A stretch of 64,000 nucleotides of DNA from Mobula hypostoma (Eukaryota). Both the position numbers and the translations under genes were made by a program. The notes beneath the pieces were generated by a model, which saw only the letters and a list, made by a program, of their open reading frames with translations, was not told the DNA's origin and did not search any database. Location: positions 42,162,001 to 42,226,000 of the forward strand of contig NC_086108.1 of NCBI RefSeq assembly GCF_963921235.1. The letters are read 5' to 3'. Position 1 is the stretch's first letter, and each line of letters begins with the position of its first letter. Shown here in pieces: positions 62,650 through 64,000 of the stretch.

Positions 62650-63500
62650 TAGAACATAGAACGGTATAGCAGAGTATGGGCCTTCTGACACTATGTTGTG
62701 TCAACCTATATAAGCATACATCATAGTCAATCTAACTCTTCCCTCCTATACAATTCACAGCCCACTATTTTTTCCACATACACATGCTCTGTCTAAGAGC
62801 CTTTTAAATATCCCATTTATTAGCCTCTACCAACCCCCCCCAGCAGTGTTTTCCATGCTCCCACCACTATCTGTAAAAAAAAATAATCAAATCCACCTCT
62901 GACATCTCCCGTAAGCTTCCCTCCACCACCTTAAGTGGATGTCATCTAGTATTGGCCATTGCAGCACTGGGAAAATGGTATTGCTTATCTACTATGTCGC
63001 TCATAATCTTGTATTCTACTATCAAGTCGCTTCTTATCTGTCACCCCAAAGAGAAAAGCCCGAGCTCGCTCAACATTTCCTCATGAGGCATATTCTCTAG
63101 CATTCCAGTAAATCATCTCTGCACCCCCTTTAAAGCTTCCACATCTTTCCTATAATGATGTTACCAGAAATGAACAAAATACTCCCAAGTGTGGTCTAAC
63201 CAACTGCAACATTATCTTGTAGCTCTTCAGATTAATTTATTTATCACAGGTACATTGGAGCTTCGTTTTCGTTAACAACCAACACAGCCCAAGGATGTGC
63301 TGGGGGGTAGCCCTCATGTGTTGCCGTACGTTCCAGCTCTTGAACACAATTACCCAACAAATGAAGGCTAACACATCACTGGCTTTCTTAACCACCCTAT
63401 CAACTTTCACAGCTCCTTCGAGGGATCTTGCACCCTAAGATCCCCCTGTTCTTCCACACTGCTGTGAATCACACCATTGACCTTTTACTTTGCCTTTTGA
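62650..63500 (-). mobile_element. Decayed CR1 3' fragment
   Basis: Reverse-complement similarity to the CR1 tails at 6557-6977 and 27920-28660. Confidence 0.65.
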
Positions 63501-64000
63501 ACAATTTCTAATTCTATTGCAGATTTCCACTGTTAGTGGTCTTTTATCATCTCACAACAATGCTGAAAGAACTTTCATTTTCTATTCTATTCAATTTTGT
63601 AAGCTGTGATTCCTCATCCTAGATATGTCTACTGTTTAGAAAAAAAAACATTTTTTCATTCCATGTTCTGTTTTCCTTAATTGAAATATTTGTGTTACAA
63701 ACCATAGCTGGCCCATTATTCTACAGATAAAAAAACAGGGTTTTCAACTCAGTCGTTGTCTGATATGAGGCTACACAAGAACAATGTTAAAGTAAATTCC
63801 TTCTGTATTAAAATTTAGTTATCTTTCCCAAAGTCTGGATTACATGATTACAGGAGGTGCTCTTAAAATCAGCTTAATCTGAGGTGTTGCCCTTATAGCC
63901 TGTACATGTACACACCCAAATGTAACTCGGGATTCGGAGATTGACATTCTGTGATGCAAGCCATTCTGTTAGATTATGGTAGACCTGAGTCTGAACTCCA

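Noticed and set aside
39307..64000. CAMSAP2 exon 3 (expected SAHLAMID...)
   Set aside because: Not found by eye, so intron 2 appears to extend beyond the window.

Overview
Vertebrate genomic DNA, repeat-rich. The repeat families suggest a cartilaginous fish, probably a ray (inference). Two intact genes diverge from each other. KIF14 is on the minus strand (first coding exon 2894-3927, CpG promoter near 9.7-10 kb). CAMSAP2 is on the plus strand (exon 1 CDS 26355-26496, exon 2 39047-39306, and intron 2 runs off the window). In human, DDX59 lies between these two genes. Here that interval has no intact gene, but scattered frameshifted fragments match DDX59 from N- to C-terminus in the correct order and strand (about 23045 down to 10300), which points to a unitary pseudogene. 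Other highlights: (1) a Tigger/pogo-type element whose interior contains an rDNA ITS2-28S junction fragment; (2) a family of 90-230 bp Penelope-derived inserts with 11-15 bp target-site duplications (TSDs), carrying minimal hammerhead ribozyme motifs and often inverted into long hairpins; (3) an old Mag-type Ty3/gypsy element with an invertebrate-like Gag; (4) a young 5'-truncated L1. The remainder is CR1, Rex/Babar, Tx1, RTE-related SINE, V-SINE and hAT debris. All homology calls were made by eye from remembered sequences, and no searches were run.
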